The notes: generated from the sequence alone by a model not told the origin. Shown: positions 1 through 12,526, counted from the whole stretch's first letter. The stretch: 63,765 nt of DNA, filler included, from Octopus bimaculoides (GCF_001194135.2; 6 parts of 4 records of this genome joined end to end with filler, not necessarily neighbours in it); one strand, 5' to 3'. Translations and numbers: made by a program.

Positions 1-21
1 ATATATATATATATATATATA

Positions 22-408
22 TTCCGAATTTGTGTAAAAGCGTATAGAATAATATATCAGTTGAATAAAGTTAAAACATGATCTGGTTTTCACGTTTTTT
101 ATTATGGTATTTAAAAAAAAAAATATATATTTTTTTTTATTACAATTCAATTAGCGCTTTCATACGTTCGTAGTTGTCATCAGATTTCAAAATGTATTTA
201 AGTGGCAGTTAAGTTCATGACAACTGTAGTAAAATGACTAACTTCTTCCTTTTTATACCTCTTAGAAGACTCCAACAAGCCGAATTTTTGGAATACGGTT
301 TTGACCAATCCGCATGCTTGGCGTACCGATATTACTGGCATAGATCCTGCCTTTATTTTAACCAGTTAGCTTGTGGTTTATATGTAACGGTTTTATGGGT
401 GAGCAAAC
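22..408 (-). mobile_element. Solo copy of the PLE terminal repeat (pLTR-like)
   Basis: Aligns by eye to 9316-9745 from the same start point (TTCCGAATTTGTGTAA...CTTCTTCCTTTTTATACCTCTTAG...TTTATTTTAACCA). That repeat is contiguous with the 3' end of the PLE ORF at 9.8 kb. Confidence 0.75.
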
Positions 409-409
409 G

Positions 410-573
410 GGAATATCTATTATGTAGGGCAACAGATGGAAATGGAATCGAATTGTACTAAATTATAGGAAAACTGTATTAGTTGCCCTCTTATTCAGCA
501 TGTATATAAAATGTGTTGGAAGTTACATCAATAAATGTTTTTAAAATTCCACCATGAGCTTACAGACTCACTG
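410..573. mobile_element. Possible Tc1-like terminal fragment
   Basis: Ends in ...CTTACAGACTCACTG|TA (CACTG plus TA is a typical Tc1 terminus). No partner TIR seen. Confidence 0.3.
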
Positions 574-958
574 TATATATATAAGCAAAATAAGACAAGG
601 TAGAAAATGCTAAAATAATTTTGTCATTAAGAAAATTTCAGTAATAATAAAAACTGCGTGAGTGGTATGACAATAGTAGGATGCTGGTGGAATCCTCTTA
701 AATGGTCAAGTGACTTAAAAGTCACCTGTTGTGTTTGTAATAGTCGTGATTCGAATTGTTCTGAATAAATTCATGGGTAGTGACTGTTTTGAATATATCG
801 TTTTTAATATTTGTGTGGGTATTATTCCAAGGCCCTTGTAATTGTGTCATTTGTGGTAGACGCGTTCAAAAGGGGTTTATATTTTGTGATAAAATATGAT
901 TCTTTATTAAGGCGCTGACTACAGGTTGCATCGTACCTGAATTTGTAAAGGGGAAAAA

Positions 959-1012
959 TTCTTCTTCTTCTTCTTCTCCTCCTCCTCCTCCTCCTCCTCC
1001 TTCTTCTTCTTC
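959..1012. repeat. (CTT)n/(CCT)n microsatellite
   Basis: Seen directly. Confidence 0.95.
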
Positions 1013-1015
1013 TTT

Positions 1016-1122
1016 TCACAAGGCCTTGGTCAGCCTGAGGTTATAGTAGAAGACACTTGCTCAATGCACCACGCAGTGGGACTGAACCCAGTACCATGTG
1101 GTTGGGAAGCAATCCTCATATC
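1016..1122 (-). mobile_element. SINE family A, 5' head fragment
   Basis: Reverse complement gives TTGCTTCCCAACCACATGGTACTGGGTTCAGTCCCACTGCGTGG..., matching the other family A heads (4695, 32065, 34058). Confidence 0.8.
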
Positions 1123-1204
1123 ACATGGCCAACAAAACCATGTATATCTGTATATAGGCATACAAAGTTATGTATGTATATAGGTATGTATATGTGGGTC
1201 TATG

Positions 1205-1400
1205 TTTGTGTTTTCCCCCATTCACTGCTTGACGACCGATGTTGGTTTGCCTACGTCCCTCATAATCTAGCACTTAAGCAAAGACTTTTAAAACATAAGT
1301 ATTGGGGGAAAGACAATTTTTTTCGACTAAACTCTTCAAGGTGGTGCCCCAGCATGGCTGCAGTCCACTGCTTGGAACAAGTAAAAGATAAAAGAATATA
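1205..1400 (+). mobile_element. SINE family A, 3' half
   Basis: GACCGATGTTGG...TTCGACTAAA...GGTGGTGCCCCAGCATGGCTGCAGTC...AACAAGTAAAAGA tail shared with many copies. Confidence 0.75.
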
Positions 1401-1471
1401 TTGAAATATTTAACTACAAACGTGAGCTCTACAAGCTGTATCAAATGCATAGATTCTCGTTGAATACCAAT

Positions 1472-1517
<46 letters not shown>

Positions 1518-1525
1518 GCAACAAC
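1472..1525. repeat. (AAC)n microsatellite
   Basis: Seen directly. Confidence 0.95.
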
Positions 1526-1971
1526 AGCCACAGGAAGAATTACAACAAAATGTAGCAATACCGAAACATTGTGTGAATGCATTAGTAATATTTCCTGCCT
1601 CCTCATTACAGAGAAATGCAATGATTCACTTCTTAAAAGGAGCCAAAAATGAAAGTGTGGACATATTGAATTATTAGAAATATGGATCCAATAATCGCAG
1701 ACTGGTGTTTTGGCGCCAACAGGGACATTACCGTTTATCGGGGCAGTAGTACTTCAAGAATTCGTCAATATTTCATATAATTCTGTATTCCTGCGGGGCT
1801 GCTTAACCGAAAAAAAAGCAAAGAAAAAAAAAAAACAAAAACAAAAAAAACTGAACAAAACAAATAAAAAACATCAAAAGCTACGACAGGAGCATAAACA
1901 ACAACATTAAAACAACAGCAATTACAAGAACAGCAACAAGTACAATGTATATTAAACAGCTGAGTAGAAAA

Positions 1972-2205
1972 TACTTGGCATAGTGGTTAGGATATTGATT
2001 TCATGATCGTAAGATCGTGGTTTCGATTCCCGGACCGGGCGATGTACTGTGTTCTTCAGCAAAACACTGCCTTTCACGTTGCTTCAGTCGATTCAGCAGC
2101 CAAATAATGAGTAAACCACCGATAGGTCGTCCGAGATTGGGGTATAATACGTCACAAAATCCGAAAAACCGGCCTTATGAGCATATGACTCAGGAAGGAT
2201 TTTTG
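1972..2205 (+). mobile_element. SINE family D (tRNA-derived head)
   Basis: A box TGGCATAGTGG and B box GGTTTCGATTCC. Body CAGCAAAACAC...TTTCACGTTGC...CAGC matches the copy at 21238. Confidence 0.75.
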
Positions 2206-2212
2206 ATCCTTT

Positions 2213-2247
<35 letters not shown>

Positions 2248-3045
2248 NNNNNNNNNNNNNNNNNNNNNNNNNNNNNNNNNNNNNNNNNNNNNNNNNNNNN
2301 NNNNNNNNNNNNNNNNNNNNNNNNNNNNNNNNNNNNNNNNNNNNNNNNNNNNNNNNNNNNNNNNNNNNNNNNNNNNNNNNNNNNNNNNNNNNNNNNNNNN
2401 NNNNNNNNNNNNNNNNNNNNNNNNNNNNNNNNNNNNNNNNNNNNNNNNNNNNNNNNNNNNNNNNNNNNNNNNNNNNNNNNNNNNNNNNNNNNNNNNNNNN
2501 NNNNNNNNNNNNNNNNNNNNNNNNNNNNNNNNNNNNNNNNNNNNNNNNNNNNNNNNNNNNNNNNNNNNNNNNNNNNNNNNNNNNNNNNNNNNNNNNNNNN
2601 NNNNNNNNNNNNNNNNNNNNNNNNNNNNNNNNNNNNNNNNNNNNNNNNNNNNNNNNNNNNNNNNNNNNNNNNNNNNNNNNNNNNNNNNNNNNNNNNNNNN
2701 NNNNNNNNNNNNNNNNNNNNNNNNNNNNNNNNNNNNNNNNNNNNNNNNNNNNNNNNNNNNNNNNNNNNNNNNNNNNNNNNNNNNNNNNNNNNNNNNNNNN
2801 NNNNNNNNNNNNNNNNNNNNNNNNNNNNNNNNNNNNNNNNNNNNNNNNNNNNNNNNNNNNNNNNNNNNNNNNNNNNNNNNNNNNNNNNNNNNNNNNNNNN
2901 NNNNNNNNNNNNNNNNNNNNNNNNNNNNNNNNNNNNNNNNNNNNNNNNNNNNNNNNNNNNNNNNNNNNNNNNNNNNNNNNNNNNNNNNNNNNNNNNNNNN
3001 NNNNNNNNNNNNNNNNNNNNNNNNAGTATACATATACATATATAA

Positions 3046-3925
3046 TCCTTCAACGGATCGTTCGGAGTGGGGGGTGTAAGTACACCACAGAATGTTTGTT
3101 TTAACTTGAAAAGTTTCATATTTTTTTTAATGTACATTTTAAGTTTCAGGTTCTATATGTAATTGTTTAATCATGTCACGTAGAAAAAAACTCTTGGAAC
3201 TGTCCAAATTTCAAAGAGGCCGTATTGTGTGTCAGTCTGAAGGTAGACTTAGCGTAAAATCGCAGAAAACCTTGGGATCCCGCTTTCTACAGTTAATAGG
3301 GTGATAGTGCAATTCACCAGAGAGGGGAAGGAATCTACATCACCTCGCGCAGGCCGAACAGAGCCCTCTGACTGAACCCTTTGCTTTGTTAAGTGACATG
3401 TGGAGGATAATCCTCATTGCAAGGCCTCTAGCATAGCAGAACAAGTTAATGTCAGTTCAAGAACAGCTGTCGGGTATCTCCACAAATTTGGCTTCTATGG
3501 TAGAGCAGCAAGAAAGAAGCCACTTCTTTGATCACCTAATATCAAGTGGAAAAAAGATTGGGCTAGTGAGATGATGGAGTGGCCGCTAGCATTTTGAGAC
3601 ACTATCATATTCTCTGATGGGTCCAGGTTTGCTGTATTTTCTGGCAGTGGTCGAGTGTGCGTCTGGAGACTCTGTGATCAAAAATTCAACATGAAAAGAT
3701 TGCTGGCAACAATGAAACAAGGCAGCTATTCTGTGATGGTATGTGGAGCAATTTGATGCAATCAGAGGTGGTGGGGTGTGATGGAGGACTCCTTCCAATC
3801 TTCTCCAATGATGAAATGATTAAAGAAGACTATTTATGGAAGATGGAGCTCCTTGTCACACGGCTAAAAAGACCCAAGATTGGTTGAAAAAGAATGGCAT
3901 TAAAAATCTTCTATGGTCAAGCCAG
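3046..3925 (+). mobile_element. Tc1-family transposon remnant (frameshifted transposase pseudogene, 3' end missing)
   Basis: From ATG 3173: MSRRKKLLELSKFQRGRIV / [25 protein letters not shown]...SPRAGR (HTH), GRAARKKPLL, IFSDGSRF (first D) and FMEDGAPCHTAKKTQDW (second D). Stops and frameshifts throughout. Confidence 0.9.
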
Positions 3926-3949
3926 TATGTATGTAAGTGTGTGCGTATG

Positions 3950-4055
3950 TGCTTATGTGTCTTTGTTTGTCCTCACAACATCACTTAACAACCGATGTTG
4001 GTGTGTTTGCGTCCCCGTAACTTAGCGGCTCGACAAAAGAGACCGATAGAATAAG
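3950..4055 (+). mobile_element. SINE family A, middle fragment
   Basis: ACAACCGATGTTGGTGTGTTTGCGTCCCCGTAACTTAGCGG...GACCGATAGAATAAGTAC. Confidence 0.8.
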
Positions 4056-4608
4056 TACACATTTACGCTCGGCGCGCAATTAGACTCGGAAAGCTTGTGA
4101 GGAACCAATTGACCCAATTTCCTGACTTTTCCGGTGGCACGAAGGTGTCGATGAATGGTTGAATGACCAAATCCAAGCTTCTTTGCTACTTCCTCAACAG
4201 TTACGATGAGATTTTGTTGCACCAGGGTTTGAAGGACGTCCTCGTCGAGCTCAACAAATCTTCCAGGATGAGACTTGTCTCCTAGGCTGTACTTTCCGCT
4301 CGGAATTTCTGGAACCACCGTTGACACTAGCTTACGCTAATTGTCCGATGCCCACATACTGCATTAACACTTTCCGTTGCGTTGTTGCCTTTATTGAACT
4401 CATAAAACAAAATATGGTGCATATGCTTCTTTGTCACTTCCATTATAGCTCTAAAACAATTAACTGCTAAAATTGAACTGCACTCTTCAAAACTTGCACT
4501 AAGAATAAGGACAAGGCAAAATTACTACCTACAAGTAGTTTATCCCGCCCTGCTCCGACTTTTAGCTCAGGCAATAAAAAACCGCATTATTTATGGAATG
4601 ACCCAATA
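4056..4608 (-). mobile_element. Mariner transposon, 5' half (TIR plus N-terminal HTH region)
   Basis: From ATG 4443: MEVTKKHMHHILFYEFNKGNNATES...*CQRWFQKFR / GKYSLGDKSHPGR...TVEEVAKKLGFGHSTIHRHL...GKVRKLGQLVPHKLS (WVPHxL-like linker). Terminal TATTGGGTCATTCCATAAATAATGCGG. Confidence 0.88.
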
Positions 4609-4640
4609 CATATACGTGTATATATATATGATAATATTAT

Positions 4641-4694
<54 letters not shown>

Positions 4695-4697
<3 letters not shown>

Positions 4698-4921
4698 CGC
4701 AGGTGTGACTGTCTGGTAAGAAGCTTGCTTTTCAACCACATGTTCCAGGTTCAGTCCCACTGCCGGAAACTGAACAAAGCCCGTCGTACGTATATACGTA
4801 TGCCTATGTTTGTGTGTCTGTGTTCGTCCCCCCACCATCACTTGATAACTGATGTTGGTGAGTTTACGTCCTCGTAACTTAATGGTTCGGCAAGAGGGAC
4901 CGATAGAATAAGTACTAGGCT
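4695..4921 (+). mobile_element. SINE family A, internally deleted copy
   Basis: Head AGGCGCAGGTGTGACTGTCTGGTAAGAAGCTTGC...GGTTCAGTCCCACTGC joined directly to CGGAAACTGAA; the segment between them in other copies is absent. Confidence 0.85.
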
Positions 4922-4933
4922 CTTAACGACTAC

Positions 4934-5007
4934 GGGCATATGGCGTAGTGGTTAAGAGCGCGGGCTACTAACCCAAGATTCCGAGTTTGATTCCAGGCAG
5001 AGACCTG
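4934..5007 (+). mobile_element. tRNA-derived (Pol III) head followed by (AAT)n; not a functional tRNA
   Basis: A box TGGCGTAGTGG (4941-4951), anticodon-arm-like GGG-CTACTAA-CCC, B-box-like GAGTTTGATTCC (4983-4994). No acceptor-stem pairing. Confidence 0.7.
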
Positions 5008-5017
5008 AATAATAAAT

Positions 5018-5019
<2 letters not shown>

Positions 5020-5072
<53 letters not shown>

Positions 5073-5145
5073 TAATAATAATAATAATAATAATAATGAT
5101 AATAATAATAATAATGATAATAATAATAAATAATAATACTAATAA
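5020..5145. repeat. (AAT)n microsatellite
   Basis: Seen directly; further AAT/AAC tracts at 5440-5560. Confidence 0.95.
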
Positions 5146-5516
5146 TGACAGCGAAACGGGCTGATTACTACCTAGNNNNNNNNNNNNNNNNNNNNNNNNN
5201 NNNNNNNNNNNNNNNNNNNNNNNNNNNNNNNNNNNNNNNNNNNNNNNNNNNNNNNNNNNNNNNNNNNNNNNNNNNNNNNNNNNNNNNNNNNNNNNNNNNN
5301 NNNNNNNNNNNNNNNNNNNNNNNNNNNNNNNNNNNNNNNNNNNNNNNNNNNNNNNNNNNNNNNNNNNNNNNNNNNNNNNNNNNNGGTGAGACTTGGATCC
5401 AACTTGTACAAATGCAAAGCAAAAGTCAAACATAAAAAAATAATAATAATAATAATAACAACAACAACATCGAAAATACCTGAGGAATGAGAGTCCTAAT
5501 AATAATAATAATAATA

Positions 5517-5553
<37 letters not shown>

Positions 5554-5606
5554 CAACAACATCAAAAATACCTGAGGAATGAGAGCCCTGGTTCGAAATT
5601 TCCCCA

Positions 5607-5655
5607 AAACACCTGATGAAGGCTGGAGGGTATATCAGCCGAAACGTTCTATTAA
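5607..5655 (+). ncRNA. Minimal type-I hammerhead ribozyme motif (stem I degenerate)
   Basis: CTGATGA (5613-5619)-A-GGCTG/loop/CAGCC perfect stem II (5621-5640)-GAAA (5641-5644)-CGTT. Confidence 0.65.
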
Positions 5656-6093
5656 CAAACAAACAAGATGAGGACAAATATTCGTCAACTGTAAATGATG
5701 TAAATAATGTATATATTCTTTTATTCTTCAATATGTTTCAGCCCAAAGGCTGTGGCCATGCTGGAGCACCACCATGTAATCACCTTTTCAGTAGTCATTT
5801 AGAAAAAAATCTAATCGGTTGAAAGTTATAGCAATGACTCCAAGACTGAAAGTTTCGAGAATGAATGTTTGTATGCATACAATATGTAGATTCGTCCCAC
5901 ATATTCCAATGAGCATGAGTGCCATGTGCATGCGCATGTGTTTGCGTGTCTGTGTAGTCATACGAGTATGTGTGTTGTATCGAGGAGGAAAAAAGAAATT
6001 TAGAAGAGAACGCGAAAAAATATTAAGCTAGAAGTGAAAGAACCACGACTGATGACGATAGCAATATATCAATATCAATATCAATATACATAA

Positions 6094-6126
<33 letters not shown>

Positions 6127-6898
6127 NNNNNNNNNNNNNNNNNNNNNNNNNNNNNNNNNNNNNNNNNNNNNNNNNNNNNNNNNNNNNNNNNNNNNNNNNN
6201 NNNNNNNNNNNNNNNNNNNNNNNNNNNNNNNNNNNNNNNNNNNNNNNNNNNNNNNNNNNNNNNNNNNNNNNNNNNNNNNNNNNNNNNNNNNNNNNNNNNN
6301 NNNNNNNNNNNNNNNNNNNNNNNNNNNNNNNNNNNNNNNNNNNNNNNNNNNNNNNNNNNNNNNNNNNNNNNNNNNNNNNNNNNNNNNNNNNNNNNNNNNN
6401 NNNNNNNNNNNNNNNNNNNNNNNNNNNNNNGTGGGTCTTTCCAATCGGATAAAATGGCGGCTGCTCTCCTGTCAGTAGGACTTTGTGATAGTCTATCGGA
6501 ACAAAAAACGAAAAAGCAATACGAAAAAACAAAAAAAAAAAACCCCAAAAATATATAGAATTCTCCAGCAGGCTACGCCGCACCAAACCCCCTCCATACC
6601 ATGGCATTCTACACAACACCACGGTTTGCTACACTACGCCACACCAACCACGGTTAAAGATTTACTATTTATCAGTAACACACATAGCAATTTCGTCCTG
6701 GGTGCTTGGGAAGATCGTTAGCGTTGATATGCCAAGGGGTGAGCTTTTTGTAAAAAGAGTTGTTTATCTCATAGAATTCGAAAAACAAATACACACACAA
6801 AGAAAAAGAAAGCAACAAGAAATACATACATACATACACACATACATACATATATATATTTATATCTCTTTATATATATAGATATGTATATACATATT

Positions 6899-6932
<34 letters not shown>

Positions 6933-7086
6933 TATATATAATTACACAGATATATATATTTATATATACATATACATATATATATATGTGTGTGTGTGTA
7001 TATGTAATATGTATATATATATATAATTATATATACATATACATATATGTATACATGTGTGTGTATATGTAATATGTATATATATC

Positions 7087-7150
<64 letters not shown>

Positions 7151-7954
7151 CTATACACATACACATAGAATGAAAGCAAAGCGATAAAAGCTAACAACTA
7201 CCTCATAAAGTGAACAGTGAAAAACGAAGACCAAGTAATAAAGACAAGAAGAGATGGATAGATAGATAGATAGAGACAGATAGAGAGATAGACAAAGAGA
7301 TAGATAGAGGGAAAGTTGAGTGTGAGAGAGGGTGAGACAGAATAGGCAGGTGGTAATGGTAGGAGTAGAGAAAATGATATTGAAGTGTAGAGATTGGAGG
7401 ATTGAAGAAAAAAAAGTGGGGGGAAAAATCCCCCTGAAAACTCATCAATTTTTCTTTTAATTTTCTTGATAAGTACAGAGAATCAATTTGATTGACTGTT
7501 TTGACATAACCTTGACTTCCATTGGAAGGGGTGGCGCCATACCGTCTTACACACATATATACATATGCACATAGATTTACAGACACACACACACTCACAC
7601 ATAATGATACACAAAGCAAGGTTTCTTCTCTTTATGTCCTATGTCCTCTTCACGTAACGAATTAGAAAGCAGACAATTAGGTTTCCCTGCATACACACAC
7701 AAACGCACACATACATTTATATGATTATATATAAGTGTGTGTGTGTGTGTGTGTGTATACATCAACACACACATATGTATATATATATAGGCCTATGTAT
7801 GTTTATATGTATGTATATAAGGAGGACAACGGATAAGTTGTAGTATGAACTGAGAAAATGTGACGTAAACTGCAGTTTGGGCACTGAAAGCCGAAAGATA
7901 TAGAAAGATAAAGGAAGGTTTTCTCCAGTAGTGGGAGATTGCATATTCATACAT

Positions 7955-8010
7955 GCATACATACATACATACATACATACATACATACATACATACATAC
8001 ATAAATACAT
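7955..8010. repeat. (ACAT)n microsatellite
   Basis: Seen directly. Confidence 0.95.
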
Positions 8011-9084
8011 ACATAATACTCATATATATATATATGTACAAATACAAATGTATATATATANNNNNNNNNNNNNNNNNNNNNNNNNNNNNNNNNNNNNNNN
8101 NNNNNNNNNNNNNNNNNNNNNNNNNNNNNNNNNNNNNNNNNNNNNNNNNNNNNNNNNNNNNNNNNNNNNNNNNNNNNNNNNNNNNNNNNNNNNNNNNNNN
8201 NNNNNNNNNNNNNNNNNNNNNNNNNNNNNNNNNNNNNNNNNNNNNNNNNNNNNNNNNNNNNNNNNNNNNNNNNNNNNNNNNNNNNNNNNNNNNNNNNNNN
8301 NNNNNNNNNNNNNNNNNNNNNNNNNNNNNNNNNNNNNNNNNNNNNNNNNNNNNNNNNNNNNNNNNNNNNNNNNNNNNNNNNNNNNNNNNNNNNNNNNNNN
8401 NNNNNNNNNNNNNNNNNNNNNNNNNNNNNNNNNNNNNNNNNNNNNNNNNNNNNNNNNNNNNNNNNNNNNNNNNNNNNNNNNNNNNNNNNNNNNNNNNNNN
8501 NNNNNNNNNNNNNNNNNNNNNNNNNNNNNNNNNNNNNNNNNNNNNNNNNNNNNNNNNNNNNNNNNNNNNNNNNNNNNNNNNNNNNNNNNNNNNNNNNNNN
8601 NNNNNNNNNNNNNNNNNNNNNNNNNNNNNNNNNNNNNNNNNNNNNNNNNNNNNNNNNATATATATACATACATATATATACACATACGAATGTATGTATG
8701 CATACATAAAAACACACACACACATACACACAAGTATATATATTTAGACATATAAAACGTTGATTCTTCAATCGTGAACTTATCTATCATTCTAATAGTT
8801 TGCTGTTGAAGACGACTTTTTTCTTCTTTGGCAGCTGAAATTTCTTTATACTTTTCCTTTTGAATTTTTATCTATTCTCCTTCACGTCCACCCTCTCCAT
8901 TTCTTCACACTGTTCTTTCTTCTTTCATAAAGACGGCGCATATCTGAAGATAGGAGATGTAGTGTTTGTTTTGGTGTCTTTAATTCTTGGTGACTTAAGT
9001 TTATGACATATTGTTGTAGATTGTACCGAGCGCCATCTTGAGGAGGAATATTGATTCAGATTGAAGCAGCTTCATCCATCGCTG

Positions 9085-9123
9085 CTGTTGCTTCAGCTGC
9101 TGCTGCTGCCACTACTGCTGCTG

Positions 9124-9172
<49 letters not shown>
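9085..9172. repeat. (CTG)n-(CTA)n compound microsatellite
   Basis: Seen directly. Confidence 0.95.
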
Positions 9173-9174
<2 letters not shown>

Positions 9175-9315
9175 TTCACAGATATAAACTCTATATATAT
9201 TTACGAATTACTATCTGTATCTATCATGCATCTACATATATATGTATTTGGGTATGTACACGTACACACCCACACACGCGTTCACGCATGCACACAGGTA
9301 TATAAATATTTTCTT

Positions 9316-12290
9316 TTCCGAATTTGTGTAAATGTGTATGGAGTTGAATAAAGTTAAAGTATGGTCTGGTTTTCACGCTTTTTATTATGGTATTTTTAAA
9401 AAATATAAATTTTTTATAGTGCTGAAGTGTGTTAAACATTAAAAAAAAAATTGTAATGTTCATAAAGTTCAATATGCGCTTTCATATGTTTGTAGTAATC
9501 ATCAGATTTCAAAATGTACTTAACTGACAGTTGAGTTCTTGACAACTGAAGTAAAATGACTGACTTCTTCCTTTTTATACCTCTTAGACGGTTTCAACAA
9601 GGCGAATTTTTGGAATACGGATTTGACTAATCCGCATGCAGCTTAAATGTCATTGTTTGCCGGGCGTGCCGATATTACTGGCATAGATCTTGCCTTTATT
9701 TTAACCAATTAGCTTGCGGTTTACATGTAATGGTTTTACGAGTGAGTAAACTTTGTTGGTTTCGATCGCTGGGAGTCTTCTGTAATTTGTTTATATTCAT
9801 ATATCAAAGATATTTTTTAATCCACATCATTAACTGGTTATTATTATTGTTATTTCCGTTCAGAACAGGTTTGAACATTTTAATAAACTGTTCTTGTTTT
9901 ATCTTTCTTCAAACCTCATTTGTGTCATGTAGTATTTGGAAAGGAAAAATTAGAGACATTTTCTGGCCACATGTTTCTATATGTTTGCTCAATGGAATTT
10001 GACGAACATTGGTGTTCCGGATTTGTTGTCTGTGGACTCGTGAGCGCTCCGATAATGCTTTCTCTGTCTCGCCAATATATAGTTCCTCGCAATTCTGGCA
10101 TTTAATGCAGTAGATAAAATTTCTGCTTTGTAGTTCATATCTGCATTTGCGAAAATCTGTCCATTTTTTGTTTTAATGGATCTATCAGTATGCATGTATT
10201 GACACGTTTCACATATGTTATCATTACGCTTGGATACTGTAAATATTTTATCCTGTTTGTAGATGCTGAATTTTGCCTTTGTTAATAGTTTCTTTAGGTT
10301 ATGTGGTTGCCTTTTGCTTAAGATAAGTGTTTGATTAGTTATGTCTTTTAATTTCTCACTTTGTTTCATGATTGGCAAATTTGTTTTGATGATCTTCAAA
10401 ATGTTTTGGTGATGCAGGTTGTGCGTTACTAGAGATGGTATTGTGTTCTGTTGATGGGTTCGTCTTTCTCATGTTGCCCTAAATTGTTCTATAGGTATCT
10501 CTTTTGCTCGCTGTATGCTATTTTCTATTAGTAGGAGAAGGTAATTTTGCTTGAGCAAAAATCCTTTGTGTTCTATAAGTTGTATGTTCCTGCTCTTTGG
10601 ATCATCTACTATAGTACAAATTTTCTTGGCTAGACAGTACGGGATGTTGCGTTTTGTGTGTGTTGGGTGGCATGATTTGAAATTTAGGTACTGGTGTGTA
10701 TCTGTGCTTTTGTAATAAATATCAGTTGTGATTGTGGTGCTGTTTTTAATTACCATTATGTCAAGAAATGGTAATTGTGTGTTGCTCATTTCTCTTGGGA
10801 ATTTGGGATTAGGTGTAGATTGTTGAGGAGGGTGCTGAATTCTTCCAAATTTTCTAGGGATTTCTTCCAAATCAGGAAACAATCATCGAGGTGTCTTTTC
10901 TACGTGTCCTTTATATGTCTTCTAAAGGTCATGCCGTTGTTCCCTTCAATTGTTTTTTATAAGTTTTGTTCCAAGTACCCAATATTGAGTTCGCGAAAAC
11001 TGGAACAAATCGCATCCCCGTAGCTGTGCCTCAAATTTGGAAGTAATTTTTTTCCGTTGAAAAGGAACGTATTGTTTTCCAGGATGGGGCTGACCACGTC
11101 TAGTACGAAGGTTACAGTAAATCTACTGGGGATCGCTTCTCTATATTTCTCGATCCAATATTTCATGGCAGTAATTCCCAAATCATGTGGAATGTTTGTA
11201 TATAAGTTTGTTACATCAAAACTAACAATGAATTGAATTCTGTTGTTACAGGAAATCGATGTCATCCCGAATGAAACTGGTTATGAAACTACATAGTGGT
11301 TTTAGGATAATATCAATGAGGTTGCTCAGACTATGTGTAGGTCAGGCTGGACCGGCTATAATGGGTCTTAGGTTAAAGTCTTTTGGTTGAAGAAATTTTA
11401 TGTATACACTACCTTGTTCCTTTATAGCGTTTTGTCTTATCTATTTTAGGTAAGCCAAAAAGTAACTGGATTTAGACTCAAAATTGGTAATATAGTTCCT
11501 TTCATTAGAAGTGAGTGAGTTATAATGTTTTGAGGCTAAATAATCGAGTTTCTTCATGATGCGGTGGTCAGTATTCGAGGGTATTCTATGGTAGAACGTT
11601 GTATCCTTCAAATGATCTTCAGCGAGATCCCGGCAATATTCCGTATCCATTATAGCAATGGCATCCCTCTTATTCGCTTGTTTGATGACAAATAAGGGCA
11701 GACATTTCTAGTTTTGAAATGTTTGGCCTGACGTTGATGTTATGCCTCAGTGGAAATCTGGGGAGGATTTTAATGAACTGATCTGGATGTGTATTTTGTC
11801 CTTTTGGCAAGTTAAATTTTGATTTATTTTTCGCCAAGGATTTATCATTCTCATTATTTCTACCAGTAAAAAAAACCCAAGTCGTATTGCAGAATTACAA
11901 ATTACAGAAGAATCCCACCAACTGAAAAAAAAAACCCCATTGAAACCAACTAAGTTTGATCACCTGTAAAACGATTACATGTAAACCGCAAGCTAAGCTG
12001 ATTGGTTAAAATAAAGGCAGGGTCTATGACAGTAATATCGGTACGCCCGGCATGCGGATTGGTAAAAACCATATTACAAAAATTCGGCTTGTTGGAGCCT
12101 TCTAAGAGATACAAAATGAAGAAGTCAGTCATTTTACTACAGTTGTCAAGAATTTAACTATCAGTTAAATACATTTTGAAATGTGACGATTATTACGAAC
12201 GTATGAAAGCGCAAATTGAACTTTATGAACATAAGAATATTTTTCTTAATATTTAAAACACTTCAGCATTATAAAAAGATTTATAGTTTT
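9316..12290 (-). mobile_element. Penelope-like element (5'-truncated RT plus GIY-YIG pseudogene, about 9830-11875) flanked by inverted pLTR-like repeats
   Basis: Minus-strand pieces: FVIKQANKRDAIAIMD, KDLNLRPII, SFDVTNLYTNIP (RT motif), HLDDCF, LPFLDIMVIK, YYKSTDTHQYLNFKSCHPTHTKRNIPY, a Cys-rich ICETC stretch, and ELYIGETEK...RVHRQQI (GIY-YIG-like). 9316-9790 is the inverted homologue of 11893-12290. Confidence 0.88.
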
Positions 12291-12469
12291 TTATGAGTAT
12301 TCTAAATAACTGTCTTTACTTTTTTCACAATGTTATTGCTCTACTTCCAATAACCAATCTCAATTCACATAACTACGTTTGTTCTTTATTTTCACTGTTT
12401 TATAATTTTTGCTTCCCTTATATACATATTTGTATATTCTCCGACTGAACGGAGTCTACACACAAACAC

Positions 12470-12470
12470 A

Positions 12471-12522
<52 letters not shown>
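12470..12522. repeat. (AC)n microsatellite within an AT/AC-rich tract (about 12450-12870)
   Basis: Seen directly. Confidence 0.95.
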
Positions 12523-12526
<4 letters not shown>

